Shown one piece after another: positions 52,953 to 61,582 of a stretch of DNA of 64,000 nucleotides. The position numbers and the translations under genes were made by a program. The notes under the pieces are model-generated. The model made no database searches. It was not told the origin of the DNA and saw only the letters and a program-made list of their open reading frames with translations. Source of the stretch: Candidatus Nanoarchaeia archaeon (lineage in GTDB: Archaea > Nanobdellota > Nanobdellia > Pacearchaeales > GW2011-AR1); the NCBI GenBank assembly GCA_028718805.1, contig JAQUKY010000001.1, positions 16,384 through 80,383 on the forward strand, read 5' to 3'. Every line of letters begins with the position of its first letter. The stretch's first letter is position 1.

Positions 52953-53968
52953 TTTACATCCCCTAATTCAAATTTTCTTAGAGGGCATACAAAACCATAT
53001 TTTTTACAATCATAATTTTTTATATCAAATGCATTTTTAAAATTAACACAGTATCCTCCAAATCCTTTAAATAGTTGAGATAAATCTTTCCAGTATTTGT
53101 TCCATAATTCTGTATTATTCCAAATATCTTTGACAGAGCATTTGTGCAGGTTTGCAAGAGGTTTGTTATAAGAAGCTAAGATTGCGCATGGATATACATT
53201 TCCATCAGGCAAAATCTGAAGGTGACTTTTTTCTTTATTTGCAATGCATCCTAAATTAGGATTCCATTTTTCTTTTTCTATTAAAGGGAATTCAATAGAG
53301 ATTCTCATTCCTTTATTCTGATATTTTTTTAATTTTTCTCTGATAAATTTTAGCCATTTTAGTGGTTCAACAGCTAATTCTTTGCTTTTGTTACCTCTTC
53401 CTATTGGAGTAAAGTAATAGATTCCTTGTTCATCTGCTTTTAAATTCAAGGCTAACTCAGTTATGTTTGAAATATCTTCTAAATTACAAGAAAAAACAGT
53501 AGTGTTTATTTTAGTATAAAATCCTGTTTTTTTTGATTCTTTTATATTTTCTATTACTCTTTCAAAAGTTTCTTTATCTTTTCTTCTTATTTTATTATAA
53601 ATTTCTGCATTTGACCCATCTAAGCTAATTGCTATTGCATCTAAACCCAGCTCTTTAAATTTTCTTAATTTTTCTTTTGTAAGCAGTGAGCCATTGGTGA
53701 CCAGTTCAATCTTGTAATCTAATCTTTTCCCTAATTTGATGATTTCTTCAACATCATCTCTTACTAATGGTTCGCCGCCGGTTATATCAAATCTTTTTCC
53801 TCCAAGTTCTTTTGTGTCTGTTAAAATTTTTTCTAATTCCTTTAGATTAAGTTCTGGCATTTTTGTTATCCCAGAATCAAAAGCGCAATGAGTGCACCTA
53901 AAATTACATCTGTTAGTTATGTTTAAGTCTAGTTTTGGTAGTGTTCTATTTTCCATTTTTTTCTCCAT
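52949..53968 (-). CDS. radical SAM enzyme (second of a pair), C-terminal Cys-containing auxiliary region
   Basis: LNITNRCNFRCTHC (CxxxCxxC), ITGGEPLV and C-terminal cysteines (LGCIANKE, VYPCAIL, GGYCVNF, YDCKKYGFVCP). Start set at the internal ATG 53968; the track ORF extends to 54010. Confidence 0.7.
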   Translation of the reverse strand: MEKKMENRTLPKLDLNITNRCNFRCTHCAFDSGITKMPELNLKELEKILTDTKELGGKRFDITGGEPLVRDDVEEIIKLGKRLDYKIELVTNGSLLTKEKLRKFKELGLDAIAISLDGSNAEIYNKIRRKDKETFERVIENIKESKKTGFYTKINTTVFSCNLEDISNITELALNLKADEQGIYYFTPIGRGNKSKELAVEPLKWLKFIREKLKKYQNKGMRISIEFPLIEKEKWNPNLGCIANKEKSHLQILPDGNVYPCAILASYNKPLANLHKCSVKDIWNNTELWNKYWKDLSQLFKGFGGYCVNFKNAFDIKNYDCKKYGFVCPLRKFELGDVK

Positions 53969-55013
53969 TAACGGGTATGTATAATGTGCAAAGATACAGC
54001 TCATGCACATTCCAGTTCTTTTCGAGGTCTTTTTTTACTTCGGGTTTTTTTGTTTTTGGATTAAGCCAGCATAAAGGGTCTGGGCCATTAAAATGTCCAT
54101 AAGCCAGATAAGAAGCTCCTGCATCTCCTCCCTTGCAATGATAGTATGCATTGCAGGATTTACATTTTTCATTTGGGTGTCTGTCTCTTATTCTTTTAAA
54201 AATATCAGAATTCATTATTTTTTCTACAGACTGATATTTTATGTTTCCTCCGGATTCTGATAGAAAAACTGAAGGACTTACTTCTCCATTAGGCTGTATT
54301 CTAAATGCAGTGAAACCTGAAGGATCCCCTGGAGAATAATAAGTTCCTCCAAAAGCTGCTCTGAAAACAGGCTCTGGTGTCAAAATTCCTTTTCTTTTAA
54401 ACTGGTTTAAATAAGTATATGATTTTTTGAGGTCTTTTTTTGAAAGAGCTAAGATTTTCTCATTTTCTATTCCTCTGCCATTTGCCCTGAATCTATTGAG
54501 TCTCCATGAGTCAACATTTAATTTATCAGCTAAATTATACAATTTTTGTAATTCTTGTTCAGAACAATTAAGTTTTGTCAAGCAAGTTACCATTTCATTG
54601 TCAATTCCTTTTTTCACTAAAACTTCCAGAGCATGAATTGCTTTGTTGAAAGTTCCGTTTCTTCCTCTAAACTGGTCATGTTTTTCTGCATCTGCAAAAT
54701 CAATGCTAACTCCAATATCATGAAAAAGGTTTAGATGGTCTTTTATTCTGTCAAAAGTAGTTCCATTTGTAGTATAAGATATTGCTATTCCTTTATTTTT
54801 AATATATCTGCATAAGTCAATGAAGTCTGGCCTTAGAGCACATTCTCCTCCTCCAAAATTAATTGCAATTACTCCTGATTTTTTTAGTTTATCCACCACC
54901 TTAAAACATTCTTTAAGGTTTAATTCATCAGGGCTTCTTTTTCCAGAAGCATTGTAACAATGAGCACAATTGAGATTGCATGCATTTGTTAAAGACCAGC
55001 CTGCGACTAACAT
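53946..55013 (-). CDS. radical SAM enzyme with SPASM-like C-terminal domain (NirJ/AhbC/AhbD/PqqE-like class)
   Basis: WSLTNACNLNCAHC (CxxxCxxC), NFGGGECAL and C-terminal CKSCNAYYHCKGGDAGASYL...GPDPLCW. Its ATG overlaps the HD gene stop by 7 nt. Confidence 0.75.
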   Translation of the reverse strand: MLVAGWSLTNACNLNCAHCYNASGKRSPDELNLKECFKVVDKLKKSGVIAINFGGGECALRPDFIDLCRYIKNKGIAISYTTNGTTFDRIKDHLNLFHDIGVSIDFADAEKHDQFRGRNGTFNKAIHALEVLVKKGIDNEMVTCLTKLNCSEQELQKLYNLADKLNVDSWRLNRFRANGRGIENEKILALSKKDLKKSYTYLNQFKRKGILTPEPVFRAAFGGTYYSPGDPSGFTAFRIQPNGEVSPSVFLSESGGNIKYQSVEKIMNSDIFKRIRDRHPNEKCKSCNAYYHCKGGDAGASYLAYGHFNGPDPLCWLNPKTKKPEVKKDLEKNWNVHELYLCTLYIPVNGEKNGK

Positions 55014-55603
55014 CTTTGAACCTCCTCAATTTTTCTGATTAATTTCTGAATATTTTCTTTTTCCTTTTTTTCTCTTAATCTTTTTGCAGGTTCTGTGTAA
55101 TATTTGTGATTAGAAATAAACTGGAATGTTTTTTCATACCAGCTTGCATTATCAGGCAAGCCTAGTTCATTTCTGAAGTTATTGCCTTTTTCAAAGAAAT
55201 CTTCTCTTCCAAAATTGTCCAAATCTGCATCACAGATAATTTTTTCAAGCAGGTTCAATGGTCTTTGAGGAAGTTTTGTAGCCAGAATCATCCCTTTAAT
55301 CTTGTTTATCTGTTCTTTAGAGTAATCTAATCCAGAGAGATATGTTCTTGCAAATTCCATACTTTTTTCTTCATTATCCTGAGCAAAAGGAACATAGATA
55401 ATATCATGAAGAAGCACTGCACTTTCCAGTAAAAACTGGTCTTCTTCATTTAAGTTATTTAAAGGTCCATATTTTTTTGCAACAGAATAAACATCCATGA
55501 CATGTTCAAAATTATGATATGGAAGATTAGGCATTGTCCTTTTGGCAACTTCCTTAACTTGAATCAGCTTAGCCTGATTATCTGTGTATGTTTTCTTTTC
55601 CAT
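55007..55603 (-). CDS. HD-superfamily metal-dependent phosphohydrolase (paralog of 6251-6979)
   Basis: PYHNFEHVMDV ... AVLLHDIIYVPFAQDNEEKSMEFARTYL ... ICDADLDNFG aligns block for block with the 6251 protein. Confidence 0.65.
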   Translation of the reverse strand: MEKKTYTDNQAKLIQVKEVAKRTMPNLPYHNFEHVMDVYSVAKKYGPLNNLNEEDQFLLESAVLLHDIIYVPFAQDNEEKSMEFARTYLSGLDYSKEQINKIKGMILATKLPQRPLNLLEKIICDADLDNFGREDFFEKGNNFRNELGLPDNASWYEKTFQFISNHKYYTEPAKRLREKKEKENIQKLIRKIEEVQRC

Positions 55604-55695
55604 ACTTATTATAAGATATGGTTATATAAGAAATATTTTACCTAAAAATACGCATTTTCCGTAATATTTATAAATAATGTTAGTTTTATCCTAAT

Positions 55696-56694
55696 ATGAG
55701 ATGCCTTCAGCAAAAACAAGATACTAAAGAAATAAAACTTGACGTGAAAGATATAAAAATACTTGCTTTACTGAGCAATAATGCCCGAATTCCTTTGACT
55801 CAGCTTTCTAAGAAAGTGGCTTTATCAAGAGATGCAGTTGATTACAGAATTAAAAATTATGAAAAAAGTGGATTAATACAAGGATACAGAACAATAATTA
55901 ATGTGGCAGAATTTGGGTATAATAATTATCATTTATTTATCAAATTAAATAATCCTTCAGAAGAAATTGAAAAAAGGATTTTAAGCAGATTAATAAAACA
56001 TGATTTTATAAGAGCAATACTAAAATTCAGTGGAGGATTTGATTTTGAAATTGCGATAATTGCAAAAGATTTAGAAGAGCTGGATAAAAGAATAGAAAAT
56101 ATAACAAGAGATTGTTCTGGTTTTGTTCAGGATTATGAAATTCTTACATTTAGCAAGTTTTATGCTTCAAGAACTCTGCCAAAAAGTTTTTCAAATATTA
56201 TAGAAGACTTGGAGATTAAAAAAAAGCAGTATAAAATAGATAAAAAAGACATTGAAATTCTAAAGTTAATAAGTGAAAATGCCTTGCTTCCATTATATGA
56301 GATAGGAAATAAGATTAAGCTTAGTGCAGATGCAATATCTTACAGGATAAAGAAGATGAGGGAATCTAAAATTATTAACAAATTTATTCCCGTAGTAGAT
56401 TATAGCTTATTAGGATATAATGTTTTTGTTGTTTTATTTGATATTAATTCATTAAATGAAGAAAGAGGAAAAAAGCTTGGTGAGTTTTTTATTCATGATA
56501 ATAATACCATTTGGGCAGTTAAAACAATTGGCAAGTTTAATGTTCTTGTTTATTTTCTTGTTAAAAACATTGATGATTTGCAGAAAAGCATATCAAAACT
56601 AAGAAGCATGTTCCCTGGTGAAGTAAGGAATCATAATGTGCTGATAGCTTATGAAGAATACAAATTTACTTATTTTCCTCCAGGTTTATTCTGA
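55696..56694 (+). CDS. tandem (two-unit) Lrp/AsnC-fold protein, paralog 3
   Basis: LDVKDIKILALLSNNARIPLTQLSKKVALSRDAVDYRIKNYEKSGLI and IDKKDIEILKLISENALLPLYEIGNKIKLSADAISYRIKKMRESKII, each followed by an effector-type domain (SGGFDFEIAI, IGKFNVLVYF). Divergent from the HD / radical SAM operon. Confidence 0.8.
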   Translation: MRCLQQKQDTKEIKLDVKDIKILALLSNNARIPLTQLSKKVALSRDAVDYRIKNYEKSGLIQGYRTIINVAEFGYNNYHLFIKLNNPSEEIEKRILSRLIKHDFIRAILKFSGGFDFEIAIIAKDLEELDKRIENITRDCSGFVQDYEILTFSKFYASRTLPKSFSNIIEDLEIKKKQYKIDKKDIEILKLISENALLPLYEIGNKIKLSADAISYRIKKMRESKIINKFIPVVDYSLLGYNVFVVLFDINSLNEERGKKLGEFFIHDNNTIWAVKTIGKFNVLVYFLVKNIDDLQKSISKLRSMFPGEVRNHNVLIAYEEYKFTYFPPGLF

Positions 56695-56753
56695 TTTGAT
56701 ACTAATCCTTACACTACCCTTAATTTTATAAACTTCATTGTCTTTTATATGAT

Positions 56754-57680
56754 ATGCAATTCAGGAATTTAATATACCCTGTAATTTTTATGGCAGGCAT
56801 GGCATTTGGAGCTGGAAATGAGCCAAATGACAGAGAACTTTTTTTATTGAATTACAAGGCTGGGCAGTATACTAATAAAAAATGTGAGGATGCTAATTCA
56901 ATAAAAAAAAGAGTGTCTGAACTTGAGGAATATTATTCTTATTTAAACGACCCTGACTTATCTGAAAAAATTCTTAAGGTTGAAAAATTTAATACAGGTA
57001 GAAGGATAATCCAGGATAAATCTTCTCTTCGTGCATTGACTGATTGCAATGATGCTGACTTAGAGAAAATAGTGTCTTTTGCTTCTGAATTGAAAAAGCT
57101 GTGTCCTGAACTTGCGCGTGAAGGAACCCAGGTTTATTGTTGGACTGAGCCCAATGTAATTAATGAATTTAAAAAAACATGTTTTTTTAGTGATGAAAAA
57201 GAAGTATTGCCTGTATTCAGCAATTTTTACGGACATAGCAGAATATCAGAATACTTTGGAAAAGAGCCTCCTCCTATTGAGTTTAAAAGTTCTCTTAATT
57301 TTGGTTTTAATAAGGAAAGATTTACAGGAAAATTAGATTTTAGGGAATATAAGGGCAGTGTTGTTTTGGTTAATTTTTTTACAGAATGGTGCGGCCCATG
57401 CAAAGAAGAAATGCCTTATCTGCAGAAAATTTCTGAGAAATATCAGGGAAAAGTTAAAGTAATAGGAGTTTGCTGTAATCCTGACAGAAATTTTTGGGGT
57501 TATCCAAACCTGGAAAAAGTGATAGAGGAGAACAAGATAACTTATCCTGTACTTGTTTTCTCTAAAAATTATGGAGAAGATAATTATAAAGTGACTGGCT
57601 GGCCGCAGTCTTTTTTAATTGGAAAAGACGGGAAAGTTATTAGTGGAAGAAGTTCTATACAGGAAGAGCTTTCAAAATAA
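56754..57680 (+). CDS. secreted/membrane-anchored TlpA-like thioredoxin-fold protein
   Basis: N-terminal hydrophobic segment and a C-terminal redoxin domain with VNFFTEWCGPCKEEMPYL (CxxC). Confidence 0.7.
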   Translation: MQFRNLIYPVIFMAGMAFGAGNEPNDRELFLLNYKAGQYTNKKCEDANSIKKRVSELEEYYSYLNDPDLSEKILKVEKFNTGRRIIQDKSSLRALTDCNDADLEKIVSFASELKKLCPELAREGTQVYCWTEPNVINEFKKTCFFSDEKEVLPVFSNFYGHSRISEYFGKEPPPIEFKSSLNFGFNKERFTGKLDFREYKGSVVLVNFFTEWCGPCKEEMPYLQKISEKYQGKVKVIGVCCNPDRNFWGYPNLEKVIEENKITYPVLVFSKNYGEDNYKVTGWPQSFLIGKDGKVISGRSSIQEELSK

Positions 57681-57703
57681 GATTCTCTTTCTTAGTTTTT
57701 ATT

Positions 57704-58303
57704 TCAAATTAAAAACTTTGTAATCAAAAACATTGCTGTTCCTGCTGCTAAAGGAATTATTAAGTTATCATCTAAGGGGATTTTCTGAACTTCTATAACA
57801 ATGGATTCAAAGAGCATTGCTATTATCGCCCCTGAAATTGCTAAAATCGGGGAAACAAAAAACATCGCCATTAAACTGCTTATTATTGCTCCTGCGATAT
57901 GGCCTTCTATATTTTTTGTTTTATTTAATGGCGATTTTGTTTTTCCAAAAGCTTTTCCTACTAGATGTGATATTGGGTCTGCAAAAACAAGAATTATTAT
58001 TGAGGCCAGTGCAATATTTAAATCAAATAATTGTAATGCAAGAAGAGAGCCTGTAACTGCAAATATTATCCCTCTTCCAGGAAGAGTGTTCTTATCCTTT
58101 TTTCTCTCAAAATTATCCAAAAACCAGGAAATTAATGGAATTCTTATTTTCAGGCTTAATAAGCTTACAAATATTCCTATTGTTAATGTTATGAAAATTA
58201 TTAGAGGGGTTATTATCTTATAAATCAATAAAAAAAGTGTGATTATCCCTAGAAGTATATGCATTATTTTTCTTTTAAGTTCGAGCTGATTAATTTTTTC
58301 CAT
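57704..58303 (-). CDS. CTP-dependent polyprenol/dolichol kinase or cytidylyltransferase family membrane protein (CdsA superfamily)
   Basis: VFADPISHLVGKAFGKTKSPLNKTKNIEGHIAGAIIS matches the CTP_transf_1 signature region. Polytopic. Confidence 0.55.
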   Translation of the reverse strand: MEKINQLELKRKIMHILLGIITLFLLIYKIITPLIIFITLTIGIFVSLLSLKIRIPLISWFLDNFERKKDKNTLPGRGIIFAVTGSLLALQLFDLNIALASIIILVFADPISHLVGKAFGKTKSPLNKTKNIEGHIAGAIISSLMAMFFVSPILAISGAIIAMLFESIVIEVQKIPLDDNLIIPLAAGTAMFLITKFLI

Positions 58304-58331
58304 TTTAATCGCCCCCTCCCAGAAGAATTGA

Positions 58332-58511
58332 TTATATTTTATCTATCCAGGAATAATAAATTTGTTTAATAAATCCTTTTAGGGGGTTTTTTCTTTGGTA
58401 ATCTCTTAACTCAACTAAATTCTTTAGTTGTTCTATTGTTTTCTCTAAAGGTTCTGTTCTTGTTATTTCTTCTAATTTTTTATTTGCTTCTTCTGCTGAT
58501 TTATCTGGCAT
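58332..58511 (-). CDS. possible small protein (59 aa)
   Basis: Below the track cutoff. My translation is MPDKSAEEANKKLEEITRTEPLEKTIEQLKNLVELRDYQRKNPLKGFIKQIYYSWIDKI. It fills an otherwise empty 266-nt gap, but there is no other support. Confidence 0.3.
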   Translation of the reverse strand: MPDKSAEEANKKLEEITRTEPLEKTIEQLKNLVELRDYQRKNPLKGFIKQIYYSWIDKI

Positions 58512-58569
58512 GAATTTTATATTATTTAAGAGTTTAAAAGTATTATTGTTTTATTTTTAATTTAAATTC

Positions 58570-58773
58570 TCAGTTAAAAATAGTTAAATCAGAATAATTT
58601 TTTATTTTTTCTGTAGAGTGTATTTCTCTCGATTTTAGAAAGTCCTGAAATGCCTGCCGCGCTGTTTTTTCAAGATTTTGGCTCCATTCTTCAAGGTTTT
58701 GGAGCTCATAAGGCCTTTCAAAGGACTTTGATCCTATGCCTTCGTATCCTACTTCTTTATTTAATGTAAGCAT
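58570..58773 (-). CDS. hypothetical small protein (67 aa)
   Basis: ORF only. Confidence 0.35.
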   Translation of the reverse strand: MLTLNKEVGYEGIGSKSFERPYELQNLEEWSQNLEKTARQAFQDFLKSREIHSTEKIKNYSDLTIFN

Positions 58774-58814
58774 CTTTTTGTTAGATTTTTAATATTTAAG
58801 AATATTATTGTTGT

Positions 58815-60113
58815 TTACTTTTTTATTGCTTTTTTCTTAATGGGTTTTTCTTTTTTTGCCTTAATTTCTTTAAAACCAGTATATTTCCATAATGCTTTTG
58901 GAATCTTAATGCTTCCATCTTTTTGCTGATTATTTTCAACCAGGCATGCAATCATTCTTTCTGTTGCAATTGCAGTATTGTTTAAGGTGTGAACAAATTT
59001 TAATTCTGATTTATCCTGATATCTTATACTGCTTCTCCTTGCCTGATAATCAAGGCAGTTTGAACAGCTTCCTAATTCTCTATAGCAATTTCCAGATGGA
59101 AACCAGCACTCGAAATCTACTGTTTTTGTTGGGACTCTTCCTGTATCTCCTGAAGAAAGAATTACAAATCTGAATGGAATTTCTAATGCTTTTAATAATT
59201 CTTCTGAGTTTTTTAAAATTAAATCAAATTCTTTCCAGGAATCTTCTGGTTTGCAGAAAACAAATTGTTCAATTTTTTCAAATTGGTGTATTCTGAAGAT
59301 TCCTTTAGTATCTTTTCCATGTGCTCCTGCTTCTTTTCTGAAACAAGGAGAAACACCTGCATATCTTATAGGTTTGTTTACATTTATTGTTTCATTTGAA
59401 TGATAAGCATTTAAAGCATGTTCTGCTGTTCCTATTAAATATAAATCTTCTCCATCTATCTTGTAAATCATTTCTTCAAAAGCAGCTAATGGGATTGCTC
59501 CGCCTAGAATTTCTCTTCTAAGCATGTATGGGGGCTGCATTAGTGTAAAACCCTTCTTTTTTAGAAAATCTAAAGCGAAACACATTATAGCATAATTTAA
59601 TCTTACTAAATCTCCTTTAAGATAATAAAATCTTGAACCAGCAACTTCTGAAGCTTTTTTTGTGTCAAGCAAATCAAGTGGTTCTAATAAATCTGAGTGG
59701 TCTTTTATTTTAAAGTTAAATTTTTTAGGTTTTCCAAAAACTTTTATTACTTTATTTTTGGAAACATCTCCAATAGGAACGGATTTATCAATTATGTTAG
59801 GAATTTCTCTCCATAAAGAATCTCTTTTTTCTGCTAATTCGTTTAATTCTTTTTCTAATTTTCCTATTTTATCTGGTATTTCTTTTGCTTCTTTAATCAA
59901 TGAATCTACATTCTTTTTTTGTTTTTTAGCCTGATTAATTTCTTCAGAAATTTTATTTCTTCTTGCTCTTAGTTTGTCAACCTCATTTTTTGCATCTCTC
60001 CAGTTTTTGTCCAGACTAATAAGATTGTCTACATCTTTTTCATTCATCCCTCTTTTTTTCTGGCTTTCTTTGACAAGCTTTGGATTTTCTCTAATAAACT
60101 TAATATCTATCAT
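58815..60113 (-). CDS. serS: seryl-tRNA synthetase
   Basis: N-terminal coiled-coil arm, class II motif 2 (SPCFRKEAGAHGKDTKGIFRIHQFEKIE) and the motif 3 region (HTLNNTAIATERMI). Confidence 0.9.
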   Translation of the reverse strand: MIDIKFIRENPKLVKESQKKRGMNEKDVDNLISLDKNWRDAKNEVDKLRARRNKISEEINQAKKQKKNVDSLIKEAKEIPDKIGKLEKELNELAEKRDSLWREIPNIIDKSVPIGDVSKNKVIKVFGKPKKFNFKIKDHSDLLEPLDLLDTKKASEVAGSRFYYLKGDLVRLNYAIMCFALDFLKKKGFTLMQPPYMLRREILGGAIPLAAFEEMIYKIDGEDLYLIGTAEHALNAYHSNETINVNKPIRYAGVSPCFRKEAGAHGKDTKGIFRIHQFEKIEQFVFCKPEDSWKEFDLILKNSEELLKALEIPFRFVILSSGDTGRVPTKTVDFECWFPSGNCYRELGSCSNCLDYQARRSSIRYQDKSELKFVHTLNNTAIATERMIACLVENNQQKDGSIKIPKALWKYTGFKEIKAKKEKPIKKKAIKK

Positions 60114-60226
60114 AATGATTAAAGAGAGAAATGTTATTTAAATCTTGCTAATTCTGAAGCTTGTCTAAAAAATATTTTTTCTTTATTGGTAATGTATAAA
60201 ACTAAGAATAGCATGAGCAATCAGGC

Positions 60227-60250
60227 TTAAGCTGTTCAATTATAGCTTAA
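60227..60250. promoter_or_regulatory. inverted repeat TTAAGCT-N10-AGCTTAA
   Basis: Perfect 7-nt arms with a 10-nt spacer, between the accA 3' end and the serS 5' end. The same architecture occurs at 33082-33105. Confidence 0.4.
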
Positions 60251-60272
60251 AATCGTTTGGTAATTACTAAAA

Positions 60273-61334
60273 TTAGGTGTTGGACACGCTCTTAATTTTG
60301 CCGATATTCCTTAATTTTTCATATCTTGTTTTTAATAATTCTTCTATTTTGATTCTTTTAAGCTCGTTTAGATTTTTGACAGCATATTCTTTAACATTAT
60401 AGAAAGCATCGCGATGATTTCTATGTGCTCCTCCTAATGGCTCCCGGATGATGTTATCAATTAATTTAAGCTCCAATAAATCTTTGCTTGTTAATTTAAG
60501 AGCTTCTGCAGCTTCTTCAGCTTTTTTTCCATCTCTTAATAAAATAGCAGCACATCCTTCTGGGGATATGACTGAATAATAGCTGTGTTCTAACATTGCA
60601 ACCCTGTCAGCTACACCTATTCCCAAGGCTCCTCCGCTTCCACCTTCTCCAATTACAATTGAGATTATAGGAACTTTTAATCGTGACATTTCTGTTAAAT
60701 TTCTTGCAATTGCACTTGCTTGTCCTCTTTCTTCTGCACAAATTCCAGGATAAGCTCCTGGAGTGTCAATAAAAGTTACAACCGGGATGTTATATTTTTC
60801 AGCAAATTTCATCTTGAGAAGAGCTTTTCTGTAGCCTTCTGGATTAGTGCATCCTGCCTTGCATCTGAGTTGTTCATTGATTAATTCTTCTCTTTTTCTT
60901 TCTAAGTCAGGATTTTCTTTAGATTTTTTATTAGTTTTTAATAGTAGGTTTATCTCTTCTATTTTTTTGTCTGCTCTTTTTGTCTTTCCACGTTTATTTT
61001 GTCCTATAATCATAACTTTATATTCCCCAATTCTTCCAAGTCCGGTTACAATAGATTCGTCATCACCAAAACACCTGTCACCATACAGTTCTTTAAAATC
61101 TGTGATAATATTTTCAAGGTAGTCTTGGAATACAGGTCTTTTTGGATGTCTTGCTATCTGGACAACCTGCCAGGCTGTTAGATTGGAATATATATTTTTT
61201 AATTCTGTTACTTTTTCTTCTTCCAGACTTAATATTTCAGAAGAATAATCTATTCCCTTTAAAGATTGATATTTTTTTAATTCATGTATCTGCTCATCGA
61301 TTTTATATATTTTTTTTTCAAAATCTGGCTCCAT
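60273..61334 (-). CDS. accA: acetyl-CoA carboxylase carboxyltransferase alpha subunit (bacterial AccA type) with an internal insertion
   Basis: IARHPKRPVFQDY, PEGYRKALLKMKFAEKYNIPVVTFIDTPGAYPGICAEERGQASAIARNL, VIGEGGSGGALGIGV, SVISPEGCAAIL and EPLGGAHRN. Extra lysine-rich segment RGKTKRADKKIEEINLLLKTNKKSKENPDLERKREELINEQLRCKA. Confidence 0.85.
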   Translation of the reverse strand: MEPDFEKKIYKIDEQIHELKKYQSLKGIDYSSEILSLEEEKVTELKNIYSNLTAWQVVQIARHPKRPVFQDYLENIITDFKELYGDRCFGDDESIVTGLGRIGEYKVMIIGQNKRGKTKRADKKIEEINLLLKTNKKSKENPDLERKREELINEQLRCKAGCTNPEGYRKALLKMKFAEKYNIPVVTFIDTPGAYPGICAEERGQASAIARNLTEMSRLKVPIISIVIGEGGSGGALGIGVADRVAMLEHSYYSVISPEGCAAILLRDGKKAEEAAEALKLTSKDLLELKLIDNIIREPLGGAHRNHRDAFYNVKEYAVKNLNELKRIKIEELLKTRYEKLRNIGKIKSVSNT

Positions 61335-61465
61335 TTAATCTTTACATAATAATCGTTTTTAAGAATTGTTGTGTTATCTCGTATGCTTATTTTTCTTCTG
61401 TATTTTCTTTTATAGTTTATAAAACTATTTTAAGGTTTTGTTGAGTTTTCATTAAGCTTTGATTT

Positions 61466-61514
61466 AAACGCTTAAGCTTCTTTCATATAGCTCATTTAGT
61501 TTTTGTTTATTACC
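61466..61514. repeat. conserved intergenic element, family 1, copy D (diverged)
   Basis: AAACGCTTAAGCTTCTTTCATATAGCTCATTTAGTTTTTGTTTATTACC aligns with copy A. It is preceded by a second TTAAGCTT starting at 61452. Confidence 0.55.
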
Positions 61515-61582
61515 AACTTTGTTTTTTAAATTCGAAACATTTATTAATTATCTTCTTTTTCTGGCATCTAATGATGTAAAAA

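Noticed and set aside
52949-55013. Straightforward annotation of the radical SAM pair as AhbC/AhbD (alternative haem synthesis) and of the neighbouring tandem Lrp as AhbA/B
   Set aside because: The architecture is suggestive and is kept as an alternative hypothesis. It is not adopted because the operon also encodes HD and dTMP-kinase-family proteins, no sirohaem or tetrapyrrole gene is in the window, and the tandem proteins have ordinary Lrp-type effector motifs and occur three times in other contexts.
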